Source: a virus
Taxonomy: Duplodnaviria; Heunggongvirae; Uroviricota; Caudoviricetes
Direction: 5' to 3' (one strand)
IMG/VR virus record: IMGVR_UViG_3300020576_002769
Coordinates: 1 to 17,984 of that record
DNA length: 17,984 nt
The notes under the pieces were generated by a model. That model was not told where the DNA came from. It saw only the letters and a list, made by a program, of their open reading frames with translations, and made no database searches. This document shows, piece after piece, positions 6,754-14,617 of this stretch. Each line of letters begins with the position of its first letter. The first letter of the stretch is position 1. A program made the translations under genes and the position numbers.

Positions 6754-7023
6754 ATGAAACGAACTTTTGAATTTTGCTTAAATAACTTTAGTAGAACTGA
6801 AATTAACTCACTTTTTGGTGAAGGTAGTGTTATTGAGGTAAATCATATAAAATATTCAACAAATAATAAAACGTTCAATGTAGATTGTAAATTACTAGCA
6901 ACTGACCCGGAAGAATGTTTGGAAACATATCCCGTAGGTTTAGAATTATTGGTAAGTAATAGTTGGAAATGGATGGGTGTTGATTATAGTATCACATTAA
7001 CCCATTCAATAGACCTTAAATAA
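6754..7023 (+). CDS. Hypothetical protein
   Basis: 89-aa ORF preceded by TATTTAT-TAGAT-ATG. Confidence 0.82.
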   Translation: MKRTFEFCLNNFSRTEINSLFGEGSVIEVNHIKYSTNNKTFNVDCKLLATDPEECLETYPVGLELLVSNSWKWMGVDYSITLTHSIDLK

Positions 7024-7210
7024 ATAAATGTAAGTCAGTTTGAATCATACCATTATTTACAAACTCTTCAAACACGTATTCAACAACCTCGTACATATCT
7101 TTTAATGGGTTGTTTTTTTTAAATTCAACTATTTCATATGAAAATTCATTAAACACCCCTGATTGGTGGGCAAAATAATACATTTCCTCAACGTGTTGTT
7201 CGTTCGACAT
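7016..7210 (-). CDS. Hypothetical protein
   Basis: 64-aa acidic ORF, convergent with a short overlap. Confidence 0.75.
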   Translation of the reverse strand: MSNEQHVEEMYYFAHQSGVFNEFSYEIVEFKKNNPLKDMYEVVEYVFEEFVNNGMIQTDLHLFI

Positions 7211-7283
7211 AAAAATAATAGGGTTTTAATAGGTTAGTTATTAATATAATTATATCGATTTTTGAAAAAAAAATAAATATAAT

Positions 7284-7312
7284 TTGATTCTATAAAATTT
7301 TATGTTTATAAT
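7284..7312 (+). promoter_or_regulatory. Sigma70-type promoter TTGATT-N17-TATAAT
   Basis: -35 at 7284-7289 and -10 at 7307-7312, upstream of the FKBP ATG. Confidence 0.6.
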
Positions 7313-7331
7313 TGATAAAAACATTTAATTT

Positions 7332-7757
7332 ATGAAAAAAGTAGAAACAAACAGTAACGTAAAAGTTAATTACACAGGAAGATTAGAAGATGGAACCGTT
7401 TTTGATACATCGATTGTTGAAGGTCGCGAACCATTAGAAGTACAATTAGGTCAAGGTCAATTAATTGTTGGTTTTGAGAATGGATTAATTGGTATGGGTG
7501 AGGGTGAAACTAAGACAATAGAAATTGAATCTATTGAAGCTTACGGTAACCCTAATCCGGAATTCATTAATGAAATCCCAAAAGCAAACGTTCCCGAGGG
7601 AGTTCAAGTCGGAGAATCATTACAAGGTATGGGACCAATGGGACCTGTTAATGTTAAAGTTATTGCAGTTAATGAAGATAGTGTAACATTAGACGCAAAC
7701 CATCCTTTGGCCGGAAAAAAATTGATTTTTGATTTAGAAGTTGTTGAGATTTCATAA
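7332..7757 (+). CDS. slyD: FKBP-type peptidyl-prolyl cis-trans isomerase (SlyD/SlpA-like, no His-rich tail)
   Basis: VKVNYTGRLEDGTVFDTS, GQGQLIVGFENGLIGM, insert-in-flap domain, VTLDANHPLAGKKLIFDLEVV. Confidence 0.93.
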   Translation: MKKVETNSNVKVNYTGRLEDGTVFDTSIVEGREPLEVQLGQGQLIVGFENGLIGMGEGETKTIEIESIEAYGNPNPEFINEIPKANVPEGVQVGESLQGMGPMGPVNVKVIAVNEDSVTLDANHPLAGKKLIFDLEVVEIS

Positions 7758-7787
7758 AAAAAAAGGACAATAAGTCCTTTTTTTTTT
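7756..7787. terminator. Bidirectional intrinsic terminator
   Basis: A-run, GGAC-AATAA-GTCC, T-run between convergent genes. Confidence 0.8.
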
Positions 7788-8175
7788 ATTTATACATCTT
7801 TTTTTTATCTTTGGGGTATTTCTTTTCATACTTCTTCATTATAGCTCCGGATAACGCATTTGCTTCATTTTCATTTTTACCACCAATATCCGAACCTTTT
7901 GAACGTTTCAAAATGGTTCTTTGATATTCGTGTACCCATTCGTGGGCAAGTGTTCTCAAAATGTCTCTATTCATTCTATTTTTAGATAAAACCAACAATT
8001 CATCCTTTGAATTTCTTTGACCGGTAGTCATATCACCTTCACGTTCACCAACAAATTTAATTGTTACGTCGTGTTTTAAAGGATATAGAGATTGTAAATA
8101 TTTTATAAAATTATTGAAGAACTCATAATTCTCCTTTGGAACTTCAGAATCGATATGTTTAATAGTAACTTTCAT
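7786..8175 (-). CDS. Zincin-like metallopeptidase (HEXXH)
   Basis: LRTLAHEWVH with downstream ENEANA, which supplies a candidate third zinc ligand. Confidence 0.75.
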   Translation of the reverse strand: MKVTIKHIDSEVPKENYEFFNNFIKYLQSLYPLKHDVTIKFVGEREGDMTTGQRNSKDELLVLSKNRMNRDILRTLAHEWVHEYQRTILKRSKGSDIGGKNENEANALSGAIMKKYEKKYPKDKKKMYK

Positions 8176-8218
8176 ATTGATAAATATATCAATGTTTGTT
8201 AGTATTTATATATAAAAG
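8176..8218. promoter_or_regulatory. Divergent TATTTAT-type putative phage promoters
   Basis: Minus-strand TATTTAT at 8186-8180, 4 nt before the ATG at 8175; plus-strand TATTTATATATAAAAG at 8203-8218, before the ATG at 8228. Confidence 0.55.
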
Positions 8219-8227
8219 TATTTTCAA

Positions 8228-8791
8228 ATGTCTAAAAGAATAATAATTAGTGAAGAAGAGAAAAATGATATTAAATCATTATACAACATTAACGAACAAG
8301 GTGCCGGTGATGTCTTAAAAGATTTAATGACTGACCTTATTTTCGGAACCGGTGATGATGACGATAAAACTACCACTACATCAACCGGGAATATTTCATC
8401 CGATGACGAATTTTACAAATCAATCTTGAAATGTATTGGTGCCGAGCCAACAAGAGAGAATTTATTATTTATGTATGCTTGGAGGCAGGCCGAAGGTGGT
8501 AATGCCAAAAACAATCCATTTAATATCACTCAAAAATATCCCGGGGCTTCCGACTATAATAAGGTTGGTGTGAAAAATTATCAAACTGAGGAAGACGGAA
8601 TACAAGCAACTTGTAAAACACTAAAAAATGGTAAGTACGATAGAGTAATCCAAGCCTTTAAAAATAACTCCGGATTATCTGCTTTATCAGACGCGGTTAC
8701 AAGTTCACCTTGGGGTACTAAAAGTTTATTGACTCGAATTACCAATGATTATATTGCGGGAGTAACTCCCAAACCACAATCCATCGCATAA
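8228..8791 (+). CDS. Lysozyme-like (glucosaminidase-type) cell-wall hydrolase with N-terminal MSKRIIISEEEK...INEQ motif
   Basis: AWRQAEGG, NNPFN, GVKNY.TEEDGIQAT..TL, SPWGT; assignment by motif resemblance. Confidence 0.6.
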   Translation: MSKRIIISEEEKNDIKSLYNINEQGAGDVLKDLMTDLIFGTGDDDDKTTTTSTGNISSDDEFYKSILKCIGAEPTRENLLFMYAWRQAEGGNAKNNPFNITQKYPGASDYNKVGVKNYQTEEDGIQATCKTLKNGKYDRVIQAFKNNSGLSALSDAVTSSPWGTKSLLTRITNDYIAGVTPKPQSIA

Positions 8792-8794
8792 AAC

Positions 8795-8822
8795 AAAAAA
8801 CCGACATTACGTCGGTTTTTTT
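8795..8822. terminator. Bidirectional intrinsic terminator
   Basis: AAAAAACCGAC-ATTAC-GTCGGTTTTTT between convergent genes. Confidence 0.85.
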
Positions 8823-9090
8823 ATTTAAAATATTGTTTGTCTTTACCTTCGTATAAGGTTGCTATGTTAATTTTTCCTTCAGTTGCTGCAAATTGGTCTA
8901 AAAAATCAAGTTTAACTTGTTTATTCAGTTCTAATAAATTCATCTTATCCAATTCTGTTGTTGTGAATTGTTCTCCTGTTGTTTCACACAGATAATGGTG
9001 GTGAATCACATCATATGTCTTACCCTTATAATCCATAGTGGATGGTTCCGACACTAATTTCATTTCTCTCCCGGTTAATGGACTTTTCAT
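8821..9090 (-). CDS. MqsA/YgiT-type antitoxin N-terminal domain, stand-alone (no HTH)
   Basis: MKSPLTGREMKL...YLCETTGEQFTTTELD resembles the N-terminus of Bacteroidota MqsA-family antitoxins. Confidence 0.6.
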   Translation of the reverse strand: MKSPLTGREMKLVSEPSTMDYKGKTYDVIHHHYLCETTGEQFTTTELDKMNLLELNKQVKLDFLDQFAATEGKINIATLYEGKDKQYFK

Positions 9091-9091
9091 A

Positions 9092-9397
9092 TTAATTACT
9101 TAAAGGTGCTTTAATTGTTGGGTGTGATTGATAGTTTTCAACAACTATCTCTTTTACTGAGTAGTATGGTAATACATCACCTTCTCTCCATTTGACTTCG
9201 GATTCAATTTTTAATATTGGTAATGGGTAAGGTTCTCTTGTTGTGTGAGGAATTTTATATGAATCATAATATTCACTTAACCCACCACCGAACGGCATTA
9301 ATTCATCAACCACTTTATTATAATGTTCTTCACCCATCGATTGTTTTAACAATTCTTTTCTTTCTTCGTGGGTATATTTTCTTATATTCTGTTCCAT
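9092..9397 (-). CDS. Hypothetical protein
   Basis: 101-aa ORF tightly packed in the operon. Confidence 0.78.
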   Translation of the reverse strand: MEQNIRKYTHEERKELLKQSMGEEHYNKVVDELMPFGGGLSEYYDSYKIPHTTREPYPLPILKIESEVKWREGDVLPYYSVKEIVVENYQSHPTIKAPLSN

Positions 9398-9402
9398 ATT
9401 TT

Positions 9403-10347
9403 TTATTCTTTATATTGGTAATTATTAAATTTATCTGACTTTAATCTACCTTTAATTGTCATAGGGTGGAGGTTAAGTTTTTTACTCGCGTCTTTTAACG
9501 TTCTGTATTCTACTTCATCGATGTAAAATGGTTTATTATGGTTTCTTTTCTTTCCTATTTGTGAAATACTGAATCGTTTTTTTTGTTCATCTTCGGTATA
9601 TATCGTATTTTCATTATTTTTGAATTGATAATTTTTATATTTAGGGTTTTTACTTAAAACTCTCCATCTAATAGTATTAAAATTAATATTTAATTTTTTA
9701 GATGCGTCTTGATAAGACTCGTATTCAATATTATCTATAATAATATTATGTTTATTATTGTGTCGGCAAATTCCTTTGTTAATTTCACTTAAATAATTTA
9801 ATACTTCTTGGGTGTGTTTTTTACCAAAAAAAGGATTTTTATCACCATCAGTTTTATAACATAACCTACAAGTGTCATTTGACGGAGATATTTCTTTACC
9901 ACAACCACAATATTTTTTACTCACACCACCTTTCCAATTTGGGTTATTTTGTCCTGGTCGGGAATAAATTGAATCTATTTCTTCCTTACTCATTTTGGAA
10001 TATCTTAATTTTAAACCTTCACTAATATTTTTCACAATATTATTCCTGTTGGGGTTATTTGAGATGTTATCACCACCTGATGATTTAATACCGATGTTGT
10101 ATTTGGGTTTTAAATCTAAGTATTTTTGTTCTGTTGATAATAAGTTATTTATATCACATTTTTCAACTAAAATAAATTCAAAATTTTCTTCCCCATATTT
10201 ATTCCAAGCTCTTTGTAAAATTGAGTTATGGTGAGAACCTCGTTTTAATTCATAAGTGTGTCTGAACCATCTTTTTTCAATATTAATTGATGACCCATAA
10301 TAACAATCACCATTAATGTTATTCATAATTTTATAAATTCCTGTCAT
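9403..10347 (-). mobile_element. Free-standing GIY-YIG homing endonuclease
   Basis: GIYKI..YYGSS..RWFRH..HHN..LQRAWNKYG..F.F..VE catalytic domain; NPNWKGG; CxC..CxxC zinc knuckle; NUMOD3-like KNPFFGKKHT; two terminal HTH-like repeats (IDNIEYESYQDASKKLN / IDEVEYRTLKDASKKLN). Confidence 0.92.
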
Positions 10348-10409
10348 AATATTCTTTTATATATAAATATCACGATAGGGAGAAAAACTAATATACCTAC
10401 CTAAAAAAA

Positions 10410-11240
10410 TTATATACCTAATTCTAATTTTGAATTTATTTTTGTAATATTATCAGTACCCATAATTAAAAAATCATCAATAGAATAATTATAAAAATTT
10501 TTATTTTCTTTTAATATTAATTTTGGAAAATCGTTTAATGGTTTCTTTTCTAATAATTCATTTGCCGCGTCGTAATGCCTATCGTATATGTGTAAATTTT
10601 GAACGAAATGACAAAATTTACCTACTTTATAATCACAATGACCCGCAACCATTAGTAATAATGAAAAATATTGGGTTTTATTAATTTGATTTGCTACAAT
10701 ATAATCTGATGACCTTTGAATTAAAGTCATATCTAAAAACATAACACCTTTAACTTTTCTAACCGACCAAATTGTTTCGTAAGCACAAGGATGTAATCCT
10801 TTGGTGTCTTTCAAATCTTGATATTGGTATAGATTTATAATATGTCGTCTTGAAAATGGGTCATTTTTTAATCCATCCAATAAATCATTCATTAAATCAT
10901 ATTTCGATACGGTCGCACCATATCTTTGACCTATGGTATCATCACCAACATTCCAATCATCCCACCATAAAATACCCTTTTCTCTTGCGGTAACCAAAGA
11001 ACTATCCTGTGATTGGTAAATCCATAATATCTCTTTAATTCCGGTCTTAATCGCAGTGTTTCGTAGTGTTGTGATTGGGAACTCACCTTTTGAAATATCA
11101 TATTCCTCAAAAACTTGGGTGATGAATTTACTATGTGCGGGTGTTCCATCAACATATTTTGGTCTAGGGTCTTCATCTAAACAACCTTCAGATAATATCT
11201 TCCGGAGATTATCTACATAGTATTTATCAGCCTTATTCAT
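10410..11240 (-). CDS. thyA: Thymidylate synthase
   Basis: Catalytic LHPC, SRRHII, QRSSD, conserved Asn (QINKTQ), HFVQNLHIYDRH; uninterrupted ORF. Confidence 0.96.
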   Translation of the reverse strand: MNKADKYYVDNLRKILSEGCLDEDPRPKYVDGTPAHSKFITQVFEEYDISKGEFPITTLRNTAIKTGIKEILWIYQSQDSSLVTAREKGILWWDDWNVGDDTIGQRYGATVSKYDLMNDLLDGLKNDPFSRRHIINLYQYQDLKDTKGLHPCAYETIWSVRKVKGVMFLDMTLIQRSSDYIVANQINKTQYFSLLLMVAGHCDYKVGKFCHFVQNLHIYDRHYDAANELLEKKPLNDFPKLILKENKNFYNYSIDDFLIMGTDNITKINSKLELGI

Positions 11241-11637
11241 AAATCTCTTGAATTTGTCCGTTATAGTTTATTGTTGTGAGTTTGGTCGGACATAATGGTT
11301 TCATACCAAATATTATATCGGAAGTGGAGTGTTCTACCCAAAAACATTCGTCTGATGATTCACTAAAATAAAAATATCTACCCACTTCGTCTTTTTTCCA
11401 TTTAGTTTTTGATTCAATATTTGTATAAAAATAATTAATAATTTCATCATTACTCAACTCTCTTGTCTCAATTGTAATACCCCACCTTTTAGAGAACTCA
11501 TCACGGGTTCTTATCCAATAAATGAATTCAGGTTGTGATAGATATTTTCCATCTAAAGTTGGTTCGGAAGTTTCTACATAATCCTTATAACATTCACCAA
11601 TAAGGTCTATTTGTTTATCTGTTGTATTCATTTTCAA
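11233..11637 (-). CDS. Hypothetical protein with EF..TxDEF..WG motif
   Basis: 134-aa ORF (start may be the Met at 11631); LSQPEFIYWIRTRDEFSKRWG. Confidence 0.8.
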   Translation of the reverse strand: MKMNTTDKQIDLIGECYKDYVETSEPTLDGKYLSQPEFIYWIRTRDEFSKRWGITIETRELSNDEIINYFYTNIESKTKWKKDEVGRYFYFSESSDECFWVEHSTSDIIFGMKPLCPTKLTTINYNGQIQEIYE

Positions 11638-11791
11638 AAGTATCTACGTAATAATTATCGGTGTTATAACCATATTTTTCTCTGTAATGTTCCGCCTCTT
11701 CTTTAGTTTTGAAAGGAGCCAATATTACATTATGTTCTTTACTTCCGTGTGCCGGTGATTTTTCATACACCGCATAAAGTTTATTCTCCAT
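11615..11791 (-). CDS. Hypothetical protein (start MENKLYAV)
   Basis: ATG at 11791 overlaps the end of the upstream gene. Confidence 0.72.
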   Translation of the reverse strand: MENKLYAVYEKSPAHGSKEHNVILAPFKTKEEAEHYREKYGYNTDNYYVDTFENEYNR

Positions 11792-12287
11792 CCCACTCTT
11801 TTTGTCTTCCTTCATCAACTTTTTTGTCAATATATTCACGAAGTTCTTTCATTGACTTCAGAAAATACAATCTCAACCGGTGAAATTCTTTATCTTTAAT
11901 TTCATCCCAATGACTATAACTCTCAAAACAATAATCAAACCCTTCTTCATCCATTCTATATTGGACGGCCTCCCAAAGTTCCAAATCATCTTCCTCTTCC
12001 AATTCCAAAGAAGACAATCCCAAGAAACTTCTTAATTGTTCTTCAGACGGTCTTGCGTTTTGATGTTCATTCGGAATAGTATAAGTTCTACCATAACTTG
12101 TTGTTAGAGATTTTCCTCCATTCATAATGTAAATCAGACCTTTTGTATTGGTCATCTCAATAATTTCGTGATGGTCATCCACAATTACGTATTCAGACGT
12201 ATCAAGTTTGTATGCTCTGAGTACATCACCCTCAAAATTTAATAATCCTAAATAAGGTTTTCTGTCTTTATTCTCGTACTTCGCCAT
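11781..12287 (-). CDS. Hypothetical acidic protein
   Basis: 168-aa ORF within the operon. Confidence 0.85.
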   Translation of the reverse strand: MAKYENKDRKPYLGLLNFEGDVLRAYKLDTSEYVIVDDHHEIIEMTNTKGLIYIMNGGKSLTTSYGRTYTIPNEHQNARPSEEQLRSFLGLSSLELEEEDDLELWEAVQYRMDEEGFDYCFESYSHWDEIKDKEFHRLRLYFLKSMKELREYIDKKVDEGRQKEWDGE

Positions 12288-12498
12288 TTGCGTATTTTAT
12301 TATAGTTCTGTTTATTTTTCCTATTTTATTGAAACTATCCGCCCATTCTGCGTGGGTCTTTGGTTCACCAAATATATCCAAATATATCTCTTTTGATAAA
12401 GGTAGTAATTTTGAATAATATTTCCAACTATTATAGTCAGGTTTTTCTATAATAGTTTCGATTGGTTGGTTTATGAAGTTTTGTATCTTATTCTCCAT
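12268..12498 (-). CDS. Hypothetical protein
   Basis: 76-aa ORF overlapping both neighbours. Confidence 0.75.
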   Translation of the reverse strand: MENKIQNFINQPIETIIEKPDYNSWKYYSKLLPLSKEIYLDIFGEPKTHAEWADSFNKIGKINRTIIKYANGEVRE

Positions 12499-12799
12499 TC
12501 TTTTTTCTATTAAAAATACTAATTGTGGTTTCGTAAATACATCTATCAGGATTTATTAAAGAAAATTTACCGGAACGAACATTAATTGGAAGTGATAATG
12601 TTTTGGAATACTCTTTTATCCCATAATTTATCCATCCGGAATCTTGATAATCCGGGTCGGTATATAATTGAGTGAATCTAACATTAACGTGAGTATCATC
12701 AATCCATTTTGTATGTGTGTCCCATAATTCCCAACCTAATATTTTTTGTCGTTTCAAATCGGAAATTAATGTTTTTAACTTTTCTTTTTTCTTATCCAT
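12488..12799 (-). CDS. Hypothetical protein (start MDKKKEK)
   Basis: ATG at 12799 overlaps the upstream KENG* end. Confidence 0.75.
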   Translation of the reverse strand: MDKKKEKLKTLISDLKRQKILGWELWDTHTKWIDDTHVNVRFTQLYTDPDYQDSGWINYGIKEYSKTLSLPINVRSGKFSLINPDRCIYETTISIFNRKKNGE

Positions 12800-13292
12800 T
12801 TTCTTTTTCATATTTAACAAAAAATTGACACATCGTTGAATGTACTAACCCATCAAATTTAACCTCACACATATACGAAGAACCTCTCCCAAACGCGTGT
12901 AAGTCAGACCAACATTTGGTAACAACACCTTTTTTACCACGATAATCTTTGAAAGGTCTTAAATCAAGAAATGTATCTTCTAAAAACTCACCAACAGAAT
13001 CAAAATAACTATCCGGTAAATCGGGTGCAAACATAACCTCTTCACCCTCTCCAAAATAATAATCCCATTCTCTTTCTTCCATCGGGGTTTTTGGGTTTGG
13101 TAATAATTGAGTATCATCCTCAAAACATCTACCATTTGGCCATCTAACATCGTACTGACCTTCATCTAGTTCAAATGGGGGTTCAACAATTACACCATCA
13201 CCAATACCTCTACCCCAACCATCAAAATCGTTGGGTATCCATCCTTCAGGATTTTTTATAACCCTATCACCGATATTAAATTTTTTATCCAT
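12792..13292 (-). CDS. Hypothetical protein (start MDKKFNIGDRV), possibly two small beta-barrel (SH3/KOW-like) modules
   Basis: ATG at 13292 overlaps the upstream EANG* end. FNIGDRV..G.V..YDVRW and FGEGEEV..GVV..EVKF patterns. The ORF track's 13436 start is an over-extension. Confidence 0.75.
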   Translation of the reverse strand: MDKKFNIGDRVIKNPEGWIPNDFDGWGRGIGDGVIVEPPFELDEGQYDVRWPNGRCFEDDTQLLPNPKTPMEEREWDYYFGEGEEVMFAPDLPDSYFDSVGEFLEDTFLDLRPFKDYRGKKGVVTKCWSDLHAFGRGSSYMCEVKFDGLVHSTMCQFFVKYEKENG

Positions 13293-13476
13293 TTGCTTCT
13301 TCATAAATTTTATAATCAAAATACCAAGGACTTGGTTCATTCTCGTTTTCGTTTTTAACAATTTCTTCGGCAGCAGCCTTGGCATCCTCGTAGCTATAAT
13401 ACGATTCCAAAAATTGACGAGAATCCACATCAACAAATGGTTCCCGGTGACTATTTCTCCAAACTATGATATACAT
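13285..13476 (-). CDS. Hypothetical protein
   Basis: 63-aa ORF coupled to its neighbours. Confidence 0.78.
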   Translation of the reverse strand: MYIIVWRNSHREPFVDVDSRQFLESYYSYEDAKAAAEEIVKNENENEPSPWYFDYKIYEEANG

Positions 13477-13700
13477 TTTTCAATATTTTTGTTTTCTAAA
13501 TTATTCCAATTTTGATTAAACTCATCATCGGTTAATAATTTATTACTAAATTCCCCTTCAACCAACAAATCATTCTTATCCAAATATAAATTGGGGTATT
13601 TACCATATGGTGAATTTTTAACCTTAGAATTATGCGAATCAAATAATCTACCACATTTCTCTAAATAATTCTTGTGTAATTTTTCTATACTATACAACAT
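13464..13700 (-). CDS. Hypothetical protein with EF..TDDEF..W motif
   Basis: EGEFSNKLLTDDEFNQNW; TAATG coupling. Confidence 0.75.
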   Translation of the reverse strand: MLYSIEKLHKNYLEKCGRLFDSHNSKVKNSPYGKYPNLYLDKNDLLVEGEFSNKLLTDDEFNQNWNNLENKNIEKCIS

Positions 13701-14296
13701 TACTCAACGATTTTATTCGACAAATCACCCCACGTTTTATTAAACTCATCGTCAGTTTTTAACTTCTTAATAAATTCATCTTTGGTCATTCGGTTATAAT
13801 GACCCGGTGGTGATATATGAGTTTCACTACCATCATCGTTTTTAATAACTTTTGTTTCGGTGTACTTCTCATACAAATCACCATAATTTTCCTCAATCTC
13901 TACAACCTTACCAACCATTTTAGATAATCCGGAAAACATTGTCTTTCTTTTTTCATCATACAACTTTTTCAAGTCATCTTGTCTCCCATCATCAATTAAA
14001 GTTTTACTGACTAAATTTGTAAGAGTATTATATAATTTTTCTTTAATACTCATCGGTGAAGATTCAATTGGTATGAAGATAATTTTCTCAACATCATACT
14101 TATCAAATTTGAAGTTAAATTTTACTGACCGGGTGTATTTTTCAATAACTTCCAACTCAACATTCATATAAACCGTCGGACCTAATTTAGTCCAAAAAAG
14201 TTTACCATCTTCGTGTGGATGAGGTAGTTGAACCCTAATGTTGGAACTAATAACGTTTTTCAACATAAAATCTATGTATTTTTCTCTTAATTCCAT
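13700..14296 (-). CDS. Hypothetical protein with C-terminal EF..TDDEF..WG motif
   Basis: MTKDEFIKKLKTDDEFNKTWG; TAATG coupling. Confidence 0.82.
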   Translation of the reverse strand: MELREKYIDFMLKNVISSNIRVQLPHPHEDGKLFWTKLGPTVYMNVELEVIEKYTRSVKFNFKFDKYDVEKIIFIPIESSPMSIKEKLYNTLTNLVSKTLIDDGRQDDLKKLYDEKRKTMFSGLSKMVGKVVEIEENYGDLYEKYTETKVIKNDDGSETHISPPGHYNRMTKDEFIKKLKTDDEFNKTWGDLSNKIVE

Positions 14297-14616
14297 TATT
14301 TAATTTTTACAAATTCACCTTTGTCGATTGCCTTTGAAATCCATCTGTTAAGGTCTGAACCTTTCATTTCCGCTTCAAAGGTTGTTGTTCCTAAATCTTC
14401 AGATAATTGAATTGTTACTACATCATCAATATTACTAACACCGTCGTCAGATATTGCAACAGTATATGTTGTTCCTTCTTCTACCGTTGCAATTGGAAAT
14501 TGATATGTCCCATCTGTTAATTCCACGTTGTAATATAAATTACCACTTACATAATGACTTAATTTAGCCATATTCTTTGACTTATACAAGTCCTTTTTTA
14601 CTTCGTTCTTATCCAT
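14296..14616 (-). CDS. Hypothetical phage protein
   Basis: 106-aa ORF (GNLYY, YQFPI, EDLGTTTF, RWI.KAI). Confidence 0.85.
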   Translation of the reverse strand: MDKNEVKKDLYKSKNMAKLSHYVSGNLYYNVELTDGTYQFPIATVEEGTTYTVAISDDGVSNIDDVVTIQLSEDLGTTTFEAEMKGSDLNRWISKAIDKGEFVKIK

Positions 14617-14617
14617 T

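Noticed and set aside
9217-11176. ORFs 9217-9438(-), 9995-10234(+) and 10931-11176(-, alternative frame)
   Set aside because: They overlap the 101-aa gene, the GIY-YIG gene or thyA in other frames, with no independent support.
10410-11240. Group I intron in thyA, or a dCMP hydroxymethylase identity
   Set aside because: The ORF is continuous through all motifs and keeps the dUMP-specifying Asn.
12980-13515. ORFs 12980-13165(-), 13231-13515(+) and the 13293-13436 extension
   Set aside because: Alternative-frame or antisense shadows of tightly coupled minus-strand genes.
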